From: Spirogloea muscicola
Lineage: Eukaryota
DNA length: 47,239 bases
NCBI GenBank assembly: GCA_009602725.1
Contig: WELB01000008.1
Coordinates: 21,980 to 69,218 of the forward strand
Reading direction: 5' to 3'
Shown here piece after piece: positions 1 through 12,300 of the stretch; position 1 is the first letter of the stretch, and every line of letters starts with the position of its first letter. Below the pieces are notes generated by a model. That model was not told the DNA's origin. It made no database searches and was given only the letters and a program-made list of their open reading frames with translations. The position numbers were made by a program, and so were the translations under genes.

Positions 1-230
1 CCTGTTTGCAGCGTGCTCAGGCTAGTGCCTTGCACCAGAAAGCTGGGCGAGCTCTAGTAGGTGGCAGAAGGGCTCCGTTCCTGGCATCTAGTATTCATGC
101 ATCGAGTAGTGACCTTTATGCTTTGACCCGTGGTTATTGAGCGGGTCAATCTGCTGTAGGTTATGTAGATCTTTAGATGTGCTTGCCTTTGTACCTGGCC
201 ATTTGGCCTACATTTCTTTCTAATACACGG
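1..230 (+). mobile_element. 3' end of CRE-like non-LTR retrotransposon, family A
   Basis: Near-identical to 28783-29010; encodes ...CLQRAQASALHQKAGRAL...SSSDLYALTRGY* followed by the 3' UTR. Confidence 0.85.
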
Positions 231-234
231 TCTC

Positions 235-310
235 TCCTTCTCGTACTCTGTTCATTCTTTTTCGGGCTGGTTTTTCCAGCCCCTATTCTCAATGGGCGAG
301 CACTTTCTTC
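235..310 (+). repeat. Short 3'-terminal fragment of family B retroelement
   Basis: GGGCTGGTTTTTCCAGCCCCTATTCTCAATGGGCGAGCACTTTCTTC, the motif that ends family B copies at about 39860 and 46000. Confidence 0.8.
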
Positions 311-1310
311 GACAAGTCAGCGGAAGAGGAAGGCCGCGCACGGGTGAATCGGCTGGAGACGCTACTGACTCGGACTGTACAACAACAGCAACAGCAAATG
401 CAACAGCAATTACAACAACAGCAAGCGGACTGGTTCAGCAGGCTGATTGAGAAGCTTTAATAAGAGCCGGCAGCAATCCGATTGCAAAAAGTTTATGTAC
501 AATAATTTCTCAGACTGTCAATTGGCTCTTCACAGGATTCGAGATTCTGCGTAGCAGGCTGATCAATTAGTAGCTGTAGTAGGCGCCGGCAGGGCTCTGA
601 CCGCCAACGTCAATGTACAGATTGCTGGCAAACAGTCAAAACGATCTGTTTCTTCCCACATGTTTGCCCATCCGACCTGGCGGGGCTTGCGGGGCGGTTC
701 CGCCCGTGCAGGCGGCCTCGGCCTCCATAGCCGTGTCCACCCCTCTGACGGCGTAGACGAAACGACCGCGTCCGTCCGTCCAAGTTTAAGTCGCCCCTGA
801 GCAGCTGTCGCCCAGCAAAAGCAGCTGTACAAGTATCCCCAAGCACTAAGTAGCCTCGCTGACAGATGGGAACTGCTACCCAGTATACATCACAGGCGGA
901 TTTTGAAGTACTGGTCCTAGGGTAATTGGAAGATTGAGAGGAAAGTAAGTTATTATTGATATCAGGGTTATGACTTGATTGCTATGTATTCAGCAATAGA
1001 ACTTCAAGGTTTACGTTTCTGTATAGCTGCCGCCTCGAAGACCACAAAGCGGCCGTCACTCAGGGTGCAAAAGCAGCTCCCAAAGAGTGTAGGCAAGTCG
1101 TGACAGCCGGCACTGACAGCCTCACTTGATTGTGCATCAATCTGTCGCGGCTCTTCTACGAGGGGTCTTAGTAAGACTTAGCTTATTACATGCTCCACCT
1201 GCTCTCGGTAACATAATCTGTGAGCTCCAATTGCTTGACATTGAGTGCAGGCTGGAGTAAACAATGAAGGAATGGTCGGCATATGACTGGGCACGATAGT
1301 CTATCTGGCC

Positions 1311-4300
1311 TCATCGCGGCAGGACTTGTGTGAGGGGGCTCTTGGCCTGCCCAGAAGACTCTTTGGAGGCAGCAGAGTCGCTGTTGAAGTCGTTCTGCTT
1401 GGCCATCGTCTTAAATCGCTCAAAGTCCATTGAGTTACCATTGGGGTCCCGGACAGGCGACTCCATGAAGAGCCGCGCCTGTGATAGTGAACCTAGGCTG
1501 CTCTCCTTTGACAGAGCATCGCCCTCAAGGAAGCTCGAGATCTGCGAAGCAGCAGCAGGAACTCTCCAAGCACTCAGCACTTTGCAACACTAGACAATGC
1601 ACTCTATGGTTTCTTGCAGGTGCTTGACAAACTGGTTACAGATCTAGATTATTTTTTCCTAACTGCAGGATGGCTAAAGAAGTCCTGTCACATGGACAAG
1701 GAGGTCTGCAAGATTGGGCCATGTTGCAGGACTAGTCACGGTAAGTTGCCTTCGAGCTACCATAATTGAGAAGGCTGTCGTTAAACAAGGCCTGCTGGTA
1801 AACTTCTTGTGTATGTACAAAGGCAAGAATGAGCTTCGTATGTATGTATGGAGACAATGGCAGATAACAGACAACATGATGACTGACAAGTACGCCATTT
1901 ACCATCTGGGACAAGATGCTCACCTTGCCCATGGGAGGGCGAAGCTGGGAGTCGTCCTGGACACAAAGTGCTGCGGCGGCTGCAATGGTATTGAGCTCGG
2001 CGCTGTCGTAATCTCCAGCAAGCAAGGGGTCCACAAGCTCCTCAAATCGTTCACTCACAAGCATGGGCCTAGCCTGCACACAGGGGTGCAGAAGATACAA
2101 GTGGGTGTCAATGCAAGCTGACGTAGATGCAGACAGAGAGACGATCACAGAAAGGAGCATCATACTAGAAGGTATTGTCCTGCAATGCAAGTCTGGAGTA
2201 TTTCAACGTAGACCTTTCAGCAGCTTTAAGCCAGCACAGACAACGCTAGTGACTCTATGAGGAGACGGGAACTGGGACAATGCGGCGCAGGTCGAAGCAT
2301 GCTCACCCAAATGACTAAGCTCTCTTTGCCTGGCGGCTGCGTCATGTCCACAGGCTTCTTGCCTGTGATGAGCTCTAGCAGCACAACCCCAAAGGAGAAA
2401 ACATCCGCCTTCTCTGACACCTTCCCAGTCAAGGCATACTCTGGGGCAAGGTAACTGTTGCAGACATGCAGAAGCGCCTTAGAAGAAGCACACCTGAGCC
2501 ATGCCACGTTGTGAAACATGTCTGACAACAACTTTCTTGTTGACAAGAGTGCCGCATGCTCCGACACCCGCTCCAAGCTGATTAAACAGCAGGAGCTATG
2601 TAACATCCTCTTTGGTGGACTGACCCAAAGGTACCCATGACACGGGTGGTGATGTGGCTCAACATGTCGTCAGCGAGCTTGGCAAGGCCGAAGTCAGCCA
2701 CCTGCACCAGCGAGAGACTCAGCAGCTCAGTGACTGAAGGCTTCTTCAAAGTGTCGTGCATTGCATGCCACAATCTACTGACAGAATCATCAATGACGAC
2801 CTGCAACTTGCTGATGAAAGAGATGTGGTAGTAATAGTAATACCATGGCCTCGTCTTGGGCATCGAGCAAAATATTAGGGGCCTTGATGTCTCGGTGGAT
2901 GATCCTCGGATTGCCTGCTCAGACGCCAATTAGCAGCTCAAATTCCAGCAAAGATGACAATGCGCCTGATTGTCCTTCTTGGTTGACAACTACTGGCATG
3001 GTTGCAGAAAGCACAGCTAAAGTGACCAGGTCAGCAGAGCAGCGAGGTTCTGGATGCTCACAATCTTCATGGAGGTAGGCGATGCCTCGGGCAGCGCCGC
3101 GGGCGACCTTCATCCGCGTGGCCCAGTCCATGTGCTTCTCTGCTCGGGCCAAGCATCATGCAGAGTGCAGGGGCAACAGGCTTGGTCAAGGTTTGGCTAG
3201 ACAAGTCGCCCTTGCCACGGCAGCAATGCTTGCTGCATAGGCAGGTTGTGCTTGCAAAGCAAACCAAGTTGCTACTAGAAGGAGAGTTGCAGCCACCATG
3301 CTGCTCAGCAAGCGCGACTGACCAGAATGATCAAGTATCTATATATCTGATGCTTAGAATTTCCATCTGTGCAATTGGTGTGTAGGGTCTAGCATGGAAG
3401 TTTGCACACCGTGGAGATTTTGATGGAGGTTGCCATGCGGGATGTAGTCATAGACAAGTAGCAGGTGGTCGTTGGCGAGGCACGCGCCCAGCAAGCCGAC
3501 GAGGTGCCGGTGGTGGATCCGGCTGATGATGTCCAGCTCCGCTCGGAACTCGCTCACCCCTTGCTTGCTGCCCTCCCGCATCTGCCGCCGTGATGGTGCA
3601 CGCCAACCTCACAGCGTGAGCGCCACTGAGCATGCCGCGCTTGGAGCTGAGGAGAGGCACAGCAAGCTCCGTGCAGCGCCTCTGACCTCTCCACCGCCCG
3701 TCCATGCCATAGCAGCTCGGCTCTCAGCACGAGCATTTTAGGACAACGAGATGGCTATGGGGATGCCATGGGGTACCTACCATCTTGACGGCCACCTCCC
3801 GGCCGTCCTTGAGCACGCCCTTGTACACCTTGCCAAAGCCGCCCTCACCCAGCACATGGTCCTCAGAGAAGTGCTTTGTGGCTGTGTCGAGCTCCTCCGG
3901 TGTGAAGTTCTGACAGTGCAAGAACGTCCAGTCGGAGTCCCCTGGATGCACGACCAAGCAAGCATCAGGCCCCAGCTGTACTGCGTCTCCCTAAGTCGCC
4001 GCCTCGGCGTTCCTGGCTGCAGATTGTTAGCTGGACCAGTGGACGTGCGCGGGCCCTGAAGACTGAGCAAGAGTGAGCATTGTTAGGAGCTGGCAGTGGA
4101 CGGGACGCTGCTGGAGGTGCATCCACCTCTGTAGAGCTTGGCCTTCTCGAGGTCGCGGAAGGACTTGGAGGTGCCACTGCCGGAGGAGCGGCGGCAGAGG
4201 GTGAGGAAGAGCAGGCAGCAGAGGGCGGCAGCGACGACCACGGCGGCGATGACGATGCCCGCGACGGCGCCGGCCGAGAGGCCGCTGCTGCCGCCCTGCG

Positions 4301-5340
4301 AGACGAGCGTCCAGCCCTTGATGACCGGCACGGGCTGGCCGTACGCCACGAGCCGCTGGTAGTTGGGAATGAGCACCGCCGTGAAGCCCATCACGCTCCG
4401 TGACCCGTCGTCGTAGATCATCTGCAGGCGCCACCGGCCGAGCCACCCGGCTCAGAAGCGGAGGACCCACGAAGACCGGGCCCTCACCGAGCCGCTTATC
4501 CGTGCGCGGCGCTGCATCCATGGCCGCTCTGAGCTTCTCGCAACCAGTCCCAAGTGTGGGCAGCTCAATGGGGCTCAGCTACATGCGGAGCTGAGCCACA
4601 TTGCAGCGTCCGCCTGGCCCTGGCGTCGCCGCACCTCGGTGATGTACGCCAGGCTGCCGTACTCGTCCCGGAACGTGATGCCGGTCTGGTTGCGGAGGCG
4701 CAGCAGCGTCGACGGCGGCGCGAGCGTGGCGAGCTCCTCGGGGGGCTCGTCGCGCGACTCCGCCTGGAGCTTGGAGATGTTGTAGTGCTCCGTGACGATG
4801 TGGTAGTCCAGCAGCTGCGCCAGGAAGACGGCGTTGTCGGAGCCCAGCGCCGCCGCCACGGCGGCGTAGTGGCCATGTGGGTCCGCCCACGCCCCATCCA
4901 CCGGCACGTACAGCGTCCGCCCCGCCTGCGCCGCCGCCGCCGCTGTCGCCGTCAGGCTCGAGACGGCGCGTCGAAGCAAACCCGTCTCGGCAGTATTGAG
5001 GCTAAAGTCGCCGCCATGGCGCCGGCGGCGCTGCCAGTTGCAACGGCAGCGCCTTCACTGCCGCTGCGGCGCTCTGGCTGCGGCAGCGTCCTGGCCGTGG
5101 CTGCTCCGGGAAAGGCGGCGACGGCGGCGGCGGCGGCGGCGGCCGAGCGCCCCGGTGGACCTGGAGGCCGAAGCTGCGGCCGACGCTGGTGGCGTTGTCG
5201 TCCAGGAGCCGCGCGGCGGTGGCGTAGCTTCCGCCGGGCGCCGCCAGCAGCGCCGCCCTCACCGCCGGCCATACGTCCGCCGCCACGGCACCGCCGCCGC
5301 AGCAGGCGGCGGCGGCGGCAGCTAGCAGCAGCCCANACTC
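1311..5340 (-). CDS. Fasciclin (FAS1)-domain receptor-like kinase with a PERK-like RLK/Pelle kinase domain; about 11 exons
   Basis: Phase-compatible GT-AG exons: hydrophobic N-terminus (about 5335-5161); FAS1 motifs [10 protein letters not shown] and LLDYHIV (4926-4637); [19 protein letters not shown] plus [24 protein letters not shown] (4421-4127); kinase [57 protein letters not shown]; stop at 1311. Start codon unclear because of an n at 5336. Confidence 0.85.
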
Positions 5341-5954
5341 TACGACCTCTGCTGTGCAACTGACAGCCTGAGCAGCTGATTGGCTGCACGACAGTGCAGC
5401 AACACGGCGGCGGCGGCGGCGGCGGCGGCGGCTGCGGCGCGGCGGTCCTGCAGGCTGCGACGGTACTGGTCGGCGACGTGGCTGACGCACGTGGGGCCCC
5501 GGCCCCCGGCGCCTCTCGCGCCGAGCCGCCGGATCCCTCCGATCGACGGCGGGCGTTCCGTGCTCCGCGGCCATCCGTCCGATCCGTTCCGTCGACGGTG
5601 CATGCGCGCCGTCCAGGGGGGGGGAAGCTTTGCCCGGCAGCGTGACATCACGTCCCGGCGCTAACTTCCGCGCCACGACTCTCGCTGACCGACGCGGAGA
5701 CCGCCGTTGACCGCCGGCGTAAGGACCAGGCACCCCACCACACTCGTAACCACGTAACCCCTGCTCCTACACCCAGACTCCTGCGCTACGTGCAGAAAAC
5801 GAACGACGGATCTTGCCCCAGCTTTTCTGACATGCGGCTGGTCAATGGGGGATGGTCAGCACCCAGTGCCACTTGGTTCGCTGTTTCCTTCACCGCTTTT
5901 CTGGCCCCTTCGAACTTTGTTCATTCTTTGGTCCGGGCTGGCCAGTCTCAGCTA

Positions 5955-6135
5955 TCGAAGGAAGCGCGGCCAGATTGACTGGTCGCTGGGAAAGGCCAGC
6001 CCAAAAGAATGGACAAAGTCTGAGGGGAGCCTGAGTGCGAACAACTAGGGCTATCGCTCTCTACTGGAAGAGCCTGTCCCAAACGGGGCGACTGCTGTTT
6101 CCAATCCCTATTCTCAATGGGCGAACACTTCCTGT
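5955..6135. repeat. Cluster of short retroelement 3' termini (families C, F, B) upstream of the RLK
   Basis: 5955-6048 is the reverse complement of the family C 3' UTR (41350-41440); 6050-6072 is the F motif; 6098-6131 is the B motif. Confidence 0.7.
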
Positions 6136-6189
6136 TGGACGGCCAGCCTAATATGGACTGGACAAAGTCCGGTGGGGCCGGTCCAGCAG

Positions 6190-8112
6190 ATAGAAAGTGC
6201 TCGCCCATTGAGGATAGGAGCTGGAAATGCCAGCCCAAAAAAGAATGAACAAGTACAAGAAGGGGGCCAAGGGAAGCGCTAAGAAATACAAGCATACAAC
6301 GAAACAAAGCAGCTACGAATAACTCAGTAACCTCTGCTAAGCAGCCGCAGATCAGAGATGCTGGGCTCCTGGAAGTGGGTCCCCTGGCCAGAGCAAGAGG
6401 CAGCAGCCCATAGACCTCTGCAGCGAGACGGCCAGGCGCATACGATCCACTTGCGCCAGCGACCCGGCTGCAGGAAAGTCGACCGGCTCCCTGTGGAAGC
6501 GACGGGCGATGGTGTGGCGGGCGAGCCGGGTGAGCAGCTCGAGCCACCGAGCGCCCAGCGCCCCATGGGTGTCAATTGCCAGCGGGAAGAACTCGTCTTC
6601 CCGCGGACGGTCGGGGTACGTGAGCTATTTACTGAGCAGCCATCTGCATCTCCCTCTGCACCATCTTGCACTTTGTAGTGTAGTCCTTTTTCAGCACCTC
6701 TTTCTTTGGCTTTGAACATTGTCCATTCTTTTTGGGTTGGCTTTGCCAGCCCCTCTTCTCAATGGGCGAGCACCTTCTTCTTTAGCCCGAGCAGCGCAGA
6801 CGACCGCATACCCAGCCTTGACGGCACACTGGGCTGGGTGTGAGCGGTCGTATGCGTCGGTGGTCACCACGTCCAGGAGAAGACGTGGCCCGCCGGCCTG
6901 TGGGGTGGCCACCAGGTCTACGCGACGGGCGTGGAGACCGTCGGTCCTTTCCTGGAGCGGCATGACGCCGGAGTGCTCCGCTGCCACAGAGAAGCCAGCC
7001 TCCACCAGGATGCCATGCATCGCATTGCGGAGGCGGTCGTGAGCCGCTGTCCGCTCGCCGCCGTGGGCGCAGCGCAGAACATGAGCGGCCAGCTCCCCAG
7101 ACTCGGCCCCTCGCTCGCCGCACACACACTGACGCACGCCCTGGAGACATGGAGGCAGCAGCCCCAGGAGCCGGTGGACGGCAGTGCGAAATACTCATAG
7201 GGGAGAGTGAGGGCGTCATTGATGGGGAGGGCCTGAAGCCACGCCGCTGCCCCGGGGGAGGAGGCCGATTGAAGTCTTGCGCGCCTGCGCAAGTCGGCCT
7301 TGGGGAGCTGCAGCACGGCGGTGGTGTAGGCGGCCTTGTCGACCACAGCCGCGAAGCGCGCTTGGACGCGCAGGTCAGCGGTGTGCGCGAGGTGCGCAAA
7401 GGAGACCGCCTGGCCTGCCAGGTCCGGGTGCGCCGCGAGCAGCTCCTGGTGGGCGGAGCGAAGCGACACCTGGAATGGCAGCACACCCATGTCGACCTCC
7501 ACCACCGCCTGCTCCAGTGCACGCCAGCCGTGGACCATGAAGCGCTGGGCCACGGAGGCGGCAGTCTGCGCCCAGCTGCCGAGGTATGCAGCCCGGGAAG
7601 AACGGGCGAGCGGGCGCAGGCCGAGACCACCGTGGCTGAGGGGTAGCGCCGCCTGGTGGATAGCGGCTGGCGACTGGAGGAAGCCCTGGTGGCGGACCAG
7701 GGCCGCCAAGCTCGCCACCATGCCTGCGTCAAAATCCGCGTCTGCTGCCAACGCCCCTGGGGATGGCGGAGTGGTCCTCGTCAAGTACTGGGGCCGCTGC
7801 CCAATGGCCTTGATCAACATGGCCAACGACAGCTGCATATCGACCAGCTCAGGAAGCCAGGCCGCAGGCTGAAGATGCTCTGGCGGGCTCGCAGCTGCCC
7901 CTCCACGAAGGACGGCGCGCCGATGGGGCCCCTCAGCAGGGTGAAGCCATCTGCTGGAGTCTGGCAGCCGGTGGGCAGCATCAGGGTTGGTGGGAGGCCG
8001 CAGAGAGACCAAGCCGCGCAATTGACGCCCGGGTGGACAGGCCGAGGGTGGCCAGCTGCAGCTCAAAGGTGATGACGGCCGCCGCCACGTCTTCCGGAGG
8101 GCTGACTATGGT
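6190..8112 (-). mobile_element. 5'-truncated, frameshifted CRE-like non-LTR retrotransposon, family B
   Basis: RT thumb LPLSHGGLG; zinc knuckle QCVCG...HVLRC; RLE motifs AHDRLR, RRVDLV, LLLDVV; C-terminus SDLRLLSRGY*; 3' UTR ending in the B motif. Interrupted at 6627-6780. Confidence 0.85.
6627..6780 (+). mobile_element. Family D 3' end inserted antisense into the family B endonuclease region
   Basis: Matches the reverse complement of 37862-38010; host sequence is continuous on both sides. Confidence 0.8.
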
Positions 8113-8906
8113 GGCAGGGAAGGCCGCTTACCGACGACTCTTTGAGAGAGACACTTCCTTTCTGGATGCGGGGGACCTTGGTCGGTCTAGTGTGGCTGCC
8201 CTCGCCCCCCTCAATAGGCTGCTCATCGTGCTAGGACAAGCTGTTCCGCTCTGTGCCCCGTGCCTTCTCGGCGACCCGCTCTACAAGTCCTGACTGATGC
8301 CTCTACATGCACTCTCCAGCCGGCCTAGCACGCAGTTGCACAGCGGCGTGATGTTCGGCTACCTCGTTGAAAGTCTTCCTGCTCTGGCTGCGCCTGACCT
8401 TGCGCCTGTCGATCACGTCCAGCAGCCTCCGCTTCTTGTCTCCTCCACTCAGAGTCCTCAACTGGACGTTTCCCTTTCTCTAGAAGACCAGCAGATCGTC
8501 GTCGTCTTGGCAGTTACGAACGCAGATCCTCTGCTCATGGTGGCACACACAATCCGACCACAGAGATCAGCCGCACTGTGGCGCAGACTGCTGAGGCTCC
8601 GCCCCACACAGACTCCGACCTCACACAGAGATCAACCACACTGTCACATAGACAGCTGAGGCTCCGCCCTCACACAGAGAGTGGTAGCCATGGCTTGGGC
8701 ACACCTGAACAGCCGTGGGCTCCGATTCCAGAATCAGGAATCAAGCCTGATGTGTCAAGCTGGGACTTTTCTCCACAGAACAGCGCTCCCACGGGGAACG
8801 AGGCTGAGTCAGATGGTTAGCTAGCCCGTTCGTTGCTTTACCCCATACAGCATTTAACAGATTACTTACGGCCCAGATCGCCGTATTGACCATTATTTAT
8901 TCAGCA
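8112..8906 (-). mobile_element. Diverged copy of the copia LTR-like sequence
   Basis: Starts TGCTGAATAAATAATGGT (compare TGTTGAATAT...AATATGGT at 26720); shares CAGGTGYGCCCWAGCCATGGCTRCCAC...GTGAGGGCGGAG and the RSAG...KGKRP block with 26860-27085. Confidence 0.6.
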
Positions 8907-9321
8907 TTCGTGACCCTCTTCGATGCATGCCAGAGTCCCTCCTTCCTCGTGGCACCCCATTTTGCCTACCATGACTGTCTCATCTCCATACTTCTATGCT
9001 TGCTCTTGCCGGATGGTGCCAGTATCGTGGCTTCCAAGGTATGCAGACCTCGCCAGAGTGTCCATTGCATTCCATTTCACTCCTACTTGCTGCACTTCCT
9101 TCTCTCCTGCCTTGATTGGCAGTCTGTCCTAGCATGCAAGTTGCGCCCCCCTTTTTAACCACTCGTCCACCCTGCCCTTCCAGGCCTGCCCCTAAGGCAT
9201 CCGGCTGTCACCCCAGGCTTGTATCATTACAGCAGCAGAAATGAAGAATGACTCAAAGGCAGCTCAATGTGAGGCTGCACAAGCAACTTATTCCGGGTAT
9301 ACATTCATCAAAATTGATGCA

Positions 9322-12300
9322 TCAGCTTTGCCCTGTCCGCTTCAGAAGCCTATAATATCCATAGCGATTACGCTGTTCTGACCACCAGGGTAAGTAAAGC
9401 GCACGAGAAAGAGGCGAGGAATGCTCATTGTCAAGGAATGGATGCTCGTACAAGACCTGCACAGAAGTAAGTACACAAGAAGTGCAGCAGTCCCTCAGTA
9501 AGCCAGCCTCCTGACTGCTGAAGGCCCTTCTGCAGGTCTACAGACTTCTTGTGCTTGGAGATGTCTAAGCAAAGATGCAGAAGGCATGAACGCCTCTGCC
9601 TTTTATTCGGCCTTCTGGCCTGTCAGCTTAGAGATGACAGGAGAGAGAGGGCTTGGGCCGTCACAGAGATGACCTGCCAATTGGTGCTATTGCGCCCTCT
9701 CAGGTTCACATCTGCCTGCTCCAAATCGAGCTCTATGAGGAAGTCACACAGTGCCTCATCTGCAAGCTGCACAGGGATTCAAGATTGCGGGATCACGCAG
9801 TGTACAGCTCAAGATTCTAATCTGCCAAGAGTGACCCCAGCCAATGGCGAGATGATGAGAGAGGGGAGCTTGCCCAAGGTCACCCTCAGCATTGGGGGTG
9901 CATGTGTGATCCACTTTAATATCTATCGTCGGCATAAAGCAGAGCAAGCTAGGAGAAGTACGGACAAATTGGTGCGGAGAGGCCTTGTTCCTATTGTTGA
10001 TATACACAGGAGCTGCAGCTGTCCCGCCTGCTGACTGGTCAAATGGGAATGGGAGGAGGCCACGGAAACCATCATCGAGGAAAGCGATGCGATGTTGAGC
10101 AGAAGGTAGGAAGAAGGACAATGGAAAGCGGTGCCATTCGCTGCCCACGCAGACGGTAAGATCTGACCAAGTCGACGGGTCACCTGGGGAGTGCTTAGGC
10201 CCTCAAGGGAGTGAAGATAGACTCTTAATCTTCTCCTACCAAGAGTACAGAATATGTTCATGCCCTATCATCTTCAACTGTAGCTAAAGAAAATGCGAGA
10301 TCGGCTATGCAAGTAATAGGAAATTATGCAGTAAATCTGCCAACGTCACTACTTGTCTACTCATCTGAACAAAACCATCCAACAACTTTGCTGTGAAAGC
10401 TGATATATTGCTACATGTGACGGGAGGTCAAATTCTGCACGTGAGCAATTGGTCACTCTGAGTCCCTTTGAGTCTCACCGGAGTTGACACTGTCTGATGC
10501 AGAAGGCAGGTGCTTGTAGACGAGCATAGGGGCATTATAGTAGCTCAGGAGCGCAGCTGTCCGACAGTAGGACAGCACAAGGATGGTACTTAACAGTACT
10601 GGGCGCATCCACTTGGCAATCTGCACGGCTTGAGACACCATCACTCAGAAGCCCATATTTGGTGGCCAGATGATGAAGAGGGGAGGACAAGCGTAGATGC
10701 TTGCAACTTCATAGGTGTGTCAAAGTCTGTCTTAGGCATGCGTATATGGTGGACTGAGGACTCACTGTATGCAAGGCACTCCCACCAGTAGCATGCCTGC
10801 CCTGTAAAGAGTTGACAAACTCTGGTAGGGCGTCAATCATAGCAGCGGCTGCAACGCAGATGAGGGGGTAAATAACGAACAGAAACCTGAAAGGAATGTC
10901 CACAATGAGGTCAGCATGGCTGGCTTGGCAAGGAGGTTGATCTTCACATGCCATGTCTTCTATTAGCACAAAAGCTTGCCAAGACTTCTGAGACCAAGAT
11001 CAATGCATGAGCTTTGAAGACTCACACACTTGTCACACAGCAGTAAGAGCAGAAGGCAACCAGAACAGTTGATGGTGCTGGAGCCAACACGCCAACTACT
11101 ACCAGTAGCCGGAACCGCCTACCATGAAGCTCAAGGAGTCGGCCAGGGCGGGGCTACCTCTCCTCCTTGTGGGCTTGCAGGGACATGAATGCCAACCACA
11201 GGTACAGTGGCATGACCGCAACGAGCAGACGCAAGTAGCCTTGCTCGTGAGCCCAGATTGCCACTATGGGGAGGGCCAGAGCCAGCGGGAGAGCCAAGTT
11301 GAAGTTGTTCAGGCCATTGCGCAGATAAAAGAGCGCGCCCTCGGTGCCGTACAACGCGCTATCGCCGCCTCCAGCAACGTTGTACCAGACCAGGTTGAAG
11401 ACGGAGCAGGTCCACCGGCCGTAAAAATATTGGTCTGTCAGGACTGATGGCACCTGAAAGGTGGGAGGCTGCTATGGTCACAGTGCACTCTCTATGCTGG
11501 ACCTTGGCAGCCTTATCCTGCAGAACCCAAGGACAACTCAAGGACACTCAGGTGTCCAGCTGAGCAGGTGCAGGGAGCTTACCAGAATTGCTGCGGTGGC
11601 TGCTGCACCGGAAACAATGACTTGCCAAAAGCCCGCTTGATAAAAAGCGTGACAGACAATGGGCGCCGCTGCCAGCACCGCGAATGGCCACCCCAGAAGG
11701 ACGCCAGCCGCGGCCACCGCAACTGCTGCTCGAGGCCTTCCAGTGAGCATTGCGGCGGTGGCCAAGGTTGTCGAGTACATGGAGAAGGAGCAATGCTGCA
11801 ATGAAGCAAGCATGCAGCACTTAAATTGAATCACCTTAGGAGATACACGTGCCTCCGATACATCTTGCCTGCGAGTGGACATCGCGAGCTGGCTTCAAGT
11901 GAAACCCCCTTGCCATTCAGCAACTTACAGTGACCTTATCACCTCCTTCTCTTAAGCTCTTTTGAACAATGTATCGGCTTGAATTGGCCTCCACTTCATT
12001 TCATGCGCCCCGCGCGCCTTCTCCCTTCTCTTTAGCTCCAAGGCTCTAAAAGCTCTACTTGCCCTTGACCACTCTGGACTTCAATGAGATGTGGGCGGCA
12101 GCGGAAGTCGGCACCTGTGCTGGCAATGAAGCAGCCGCTGGTGAACGCCAGTAGGACCAAGGAGTAGGCAGCCACCCGCGGGCTCGTCACCCTGCCCACG
12201 GCCGCGACAAGGGCTGCCTCCGTTGCCGCGGATGCAGCTCCCAGTGCCCCCCGGAGCACGTAGAAAGTGGCTACCTGGGGCCGAGGGAAGACGCCACAGT

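Noticed and set aside
264..310. HDV-like ribozyme in the B motif (TCCTCAA/TTCTCAA loop)
   Set aside because: The P1.1 GG, P4 and catalytic C/P2 elements could not be placed.
379..425. CAA/CAG poly-Gln tract as part of a gene
   Set aside because: No supported ORF or splice context.
1541..1590. Broken splice acceptor in the last RLK exon
   Set aside because: A canonical CAG acceptor before 1541 gives in-frame [14 protein letters not shown].
4952..5733. Many long overlapping Arg/Ala/Pro-rich ORFs here and at 12780-13526, 16115-16822 and 34990-35800
   Set aside because: Shadow frames caused by high GC and (GGC)n microsatellites.
6670..6700. U2 snRNA-like GTGTAGT as a Utopia-type target site
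   Set aside because: Match is only a few bases and is not kept in the second family D copy.
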